A stretch of DNA of 46,478 nt from an uncultured Thiotrichales bacterium. Lineage in GTDB: Bacteria > Pseudomonadota > Gammaproteobacteria > UWMA-0217. The notes beneath the pieces are model-generated. The model saw only the letters and a list, made by a program, of their open reading frames with translations. It made no database searches and was not told the origin of the DNA. The position numbers and the translations under genes are program-made. Position 1 is the stretch's first letter, and each line of letters begins with the position of its first letter. This document shows positions 45,041 to 46,478 of this stretch, piece after piece. The stretch covers positions 1-46,478 of the forward strand of contig CAZNYF010000001.1 of assembly GCA_964577195.1 (NCBI GenBank), given 5' to 3'.

Positions 45041-46321
45041 ATGACGCTGGGCCTGATTATATTTTACATTGCGTTGGTTATATTAAGACCGCAGGAATAT
45101 ATCCAGAGCATGGAGAATGCGCCGATCTTGTCGAGCGTGTTTATGGTGACGTTTGTCGCGTGGATTATAAGCGTTAAGAAAGATTTTTCGGTGCCCCAGC
45201 CGTTTTTGATTACTAGCTTTTTCATTGTCGCATTAGTTTCCGTCGTTGCTTCTGGTTGGGCAGGAGGCGCGTGGTTGAGTGCGCAGTCCATACTTCCCGG
45301 CTGGGGAATTTTCATGATGCTCAGTATGACGGCTATCACAGCATCAAGAATAAAGTTGGTACTGGATGCTATTACAATCTGTGCGTTTATAATTGCAGTG
45401 CATAGTATCGAACAGTATTTTACAGGTATGGGTTGGACTGGTTTACCGTTGGAGACCCTCGATAATCGAGTTCGCTATCTGGGTATCTTTCATGATCCTA
45501 ATGATTTAGGTACGTTGCTTGTTTCAACAATTCCTGTGGTTATCCACTGGTTTGGTAGAGAGCCCTCTGGTGTTCTTAAGCTGATCTATCTTATTATGCT
45601 TGGCACTTTAGTTACTGCAATTTATCTCACTGATTCAAGAGGCGTTCTCTTGGCGATTGGTGTGATTTTGATATTCGAACTCAGTAAAAGAATAGGTAAG
45701 GTTAAAGCGGGGATACTAGGGTTGATTGCTGCAGGACTTGGTGCTGCCTACACGCGTCTATCTGAGCTAAGTGTTGATGAAGCATCAGCTTCTGATCGGA
45801 TTGAAGCGTGGTATGCGGGTCTTGAGATGTTTAAGCAATATCCGCTGTTAGGCGTAGGTTTTGATAATTTTACAGAGCACCATCCCCTCACTGCTCATAA
45901 TTCATTTTTATTAGTCCTGGCAGAGACAGGTATTATAGGATTCTATTTTTGGTTTTCGTTGATCACCATAACGCTTGTTATTTTAATAAATTTTTTACGC
46001 AAGTCCAAGGAGGATTTGAACCTCGGTAATAACAGCGCTGATCTCGCTATCTGGACTGATTACAGAAGTCTAACCTGGACGTATTTAGTATCGTTACTAG
46101 CTTACCTAACTTCAATCGCATTTTTAAGTAGAAGTTATGACACTTATTTTTTGATATTGTTTGCCATAGGATCCGGACTTTGCCTGGCACTACAAACGCG
46201 CTATCAAATAGTCCCTAATTTGAGATTTGTGAATAAAATGGGAGGGTGGGCTGTTACATCAGTAGCAGGAGCATTATTCATCTATTTCTCAGTTATAATG
46301 CTCTTGAAATTACAGTCCTAG
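45041..46321 (+). CDS. O-antigen ligase-like (Wzy_C) polytopic membrane protein
   Basis: 426 aa with about 10-12 transmembrane helices. A periplasmic loop carries RIEAWYAGLEMFKQYPLLGVGFDNF....HPLTAHNSFL, typical of the O-antigen ligase / exosortase-associated ligase family. Confidence 0.8.
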   Translation: MTLGLIIFYIALVILRPQEYIQSMENAPILSSVFMVTFVAWIISVKKDFSVPQPFLITSFFIVALVSVVASGWAGGAWLSAQSILPGWGIFMMLSMTAITASRIKLVLDAITICAFIIAVHSIEQYFTGMGWTGLPLETLDNRVRYLGIFHDPNDLGTLLVSTIPVVIHWFGREPSGVLKLIYLIMLGTLVTAIYLTDSRGVLLAIGVILIFELSKRIGKVKAGILGLIAAGLGAAYTRLSELSVDEASASDRIEAWYAGLEMFKQYPLLGVGFDNFTEHHPLTAHNSFLLVLAETGIIGFYFWFSLITITLVILINFLRKSKEDLNLGNNSADLAIWTDYRSLTWTYLVSLLAYLTSIAFLSRSYDTYFLILFAIGSGLCLALQTRYQIVPNLRFVNKMGGWAVTSVAGALFIYFSVIMLLKLQS

Positions 46322-46348
46322 TAATTAATATAATTACTAATTTTGTCT

Positions 46349-46378
46349 GGCCTAAGTGTTGTACCTACTAGGCCTTTA
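46349..46378 (+). terminator. weak candidate terminator after the ligase-like gene
   Basis: Stem ggccta/taggcc (46349-46354 / 46369-46374) followed by tttata. The stem is short and the loop is long. Confidence 0.25.
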
Positions 46379-46478
46379 TATGTAGAAGTTTAGACCCAAT
46401 CTGACACATGGCTAAATCAAGTGAGCGTAAGCGAACTTGATTTAGCGAGAGTTACCCGTTTTGATGTAACTGCTTAAT

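Overview
46.5 kb of gammaproteobacterial chromosome, mostly housekeeping genes with several small accessory inserts. I saw no rRNA, tRNA, CRISPR array, transposase or integrase. All product calls rest on motif and architecture recognition by eye; no searches were run.

Gene content, left to right:
- A partial lipoprotein, a small membrane protein and a DUF1971 protein.
- hrpA, a SPOR-domain protein and argS.
- A class II Fic protein, a DUF1456 protein and dbpA.
- yaeQ, translationally coupled to a DUF3820-AAA ATPase.
- priA.
- A three-gene sugar cluster: a priming glycosyl-phosphotransferase, a SAF-domain oxidoreductase and rfbC.
- A membrane protein, mdh and tatD.
- A cytoplasm-facing Mo-bisPGD/FeS/anchor trio that looks like SoeABC sulfite dehydrogenase. 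This suggests a sulfur-oxidiser-like lifestyle.
- A MntA/HepT toxin-antitoxin pair and an orphan 387-aa protein.
- A complete six-gene MoxR/Bat operon.
- A visibly more A+T-rich exopolysaccharide locus of the PEP-CTERM/exosortase-associated type: ExeA-like ATPase, priming sugar transferase, about 870-aa TPR lipoprotein, Wzz-like protein, BY-kinase-like protein and an O-antigen-ligase-like protein.

Most interesting non-coding signals:
1. A 51-nt module repeated three times between mdh and tatD. On the + strand each copy presents an AGGA tetraloop hairpin, which makes the region a candidate CsrB/Rsm-type CsrA sponge RNA.
2. A tight cluster of consensus DnaA boxes upstream of priA, arranged one box opposed to two, as in DARS.
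3. Two long nested-palindrome (MITE-like) elements. One sits inside the Bat operon.
4. A short REP-like element present at two loci.

Most interesting coding signals:
1. The overlapping yaeQ/DUF3820-ATPase pair.
2. An orphan protein with a degenerate HIT-like motif next to the toxin-antitoxin pair.
3. An ExeA-like ATPase fused to a degenerate FHA domain.
4. A PrsT-like lipoprotein that also has a C-terminal transmembrane helix and polybasic tail.

None of these is proven to be a new system. I rank the sRNA candidate and the yaeQ-ATPase pair highest.
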